Source: Eledone cirrhosa (Eukaryota). Taken from it: DNA of 64,000 nt. Both the position numbers and the translations under genes were made by a program. Where the stretch lies: positions 64,108,001 to 64,172,000 of the forward strand of contig OZ024746.1 of the NCBI GenBank assembly GCA_964016885.1, in the 5' to 3' direction. The notes under the pieces were generated by a model. It did not search any database and was not told where the DNA came from. It worked only from the letters and a program-made list of their open reading frames with translations. This document shows, one piece after another, positions 62,997 to 64,000 of this stretch. Each line of letters begins with the position of its first letter. Positions within the stretch are counted from its first letter, which is position 1.

Positions 62997-64000
62997 TTCA
63001 TAGTAGTTAGGGGGGGGGGGGGGGGTCGGTGTGAATTTAAGACCTTTGGAGAGTAAGTTGATAAGGTTGGGAGTTGGTTCTGCACTAGTTAGATTGATAA
63101 TTTTTATTACTCTCGGTTTCTCCTCCCTGTCTTGTGTTATTTTGTTTGCCTGTATCTGAGTGCTGTCTCTAAAAAATGGTTGGGGTAGAGGGGTTGTCTG
63201 CTGATGTTAAGTGGTCTCCTGTGTTTGTTATATTCCTTGTTGTTGTAAAATGTGGTTCAGGTTCGGGTTTATGGATTGAATGGGGTATTTCTGTATTGCG
63301 AGTATGGATGTGTGTTTCTATGTGCTATGTTGGATTGTGGTGTTATAGGTGGCCTATGTTGTTGGTTGTATCGTGTGGTGTGGGTTTGTTGTGTATTGTG
63401 GAAGCGAGAGTTGAGAAAATGGAAATTACCTTGCTGTCCCCTTGTAGCGGGGAAGTTGTTACATCTATCATGGTGGTGATATCTTTTCCCTATGTTTGAC
63501 GATGAGGCATCCGCATAGTAGTTGAGTGATTTGGTATGGTGTCTCCTTGAAGAGGGAAAATTGTAAATGTCATTCTGGGGGTGATGATTTCTAGGGTTTT
63601 TGTTAATTCTTATGGAAGCGAGGTTGGGAAGTTCATCTTCGGTGTGGTGCTTCCTTCTTCTTTTGTTAGTAGCTGGGGGGTTTGCGAAGTTGTTGTGCGG
63701 TTCGGTTATGGGTTTTCCTATTTTTATGAACAGGTTATTGGAGGTGTAATCCGTTTGAAAAATCGATTCATAATTTAGGAACCAAGCGGCACTTTTTTCT
63801 CAGCGTTGAAGGGATTTCAGTTCTTCTCTGTTGCAGTCCCCTTTCCATAATTTAGAGATCTTCTCTACCTTGGGGCCTTCAGTCTTATTGTTGATTTCCA
63901 GGAGGATCTCTTCATCGATGGTTTTGAATTTATATATATCTAGGGTAGGTAACATTCCCAAGATCCATGGATGAGTTCTCTTCACCGGTCTCTGTCCTTC

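Larger units (their letters stand above)
59955..64000 (-). mobile_element. Penelope-like retroelement, disrupted, runs off the window end
   Basis: RT and GIY-YIG fragments in PLE order; long microsatellite-containing 3' region; outer boundaries approximate. Confidence 0.85.

Overview
AT-rich, microsatellite-dense eukaryotic DNA with no host protein-coding gene that I can support; it reads as intronic or intergenic. The SINE and LINE repertoire resembles what I recall from octopod cephalopods (inference, not checked). Almost all long ORFs in the track are simple-repeat or minisatellite artefacts. Real content: a 5'-truncated, disrupted RTE LINE (40.5-42.6 kb) whose RT ORF carries a C4HC3 PHD-type finger, plus many RTE fragments; two Penelope-like elements (PLEs) with GIY-YIG endonuclease (35.9-37.2 kb and 60-64 kb); L2 and CRE-like relics; two tRNA-derived SINE families; hAT, piggyBac and Tc1/mariner-pogo-type MITEs; foldbacks; and several minisatellites that visibly grew out of SINE or RTE-tail interiors. 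The main discovery, folded by eye, is a set of type I hammerhead ribozyme (HHR) motifs, five of them between 34.2 and 38.7 kb. Two lie in non-coding 466-bp and 539-bp partially tandem units inserted in (TA)n (retrozyme-like or non-autonomous PLE). Two lie on opposite strands of one ~360-bp segment. Three otherwise intact motifs share a CCGANGA (U4C) core. None of the folds or activities has been computed or tested.
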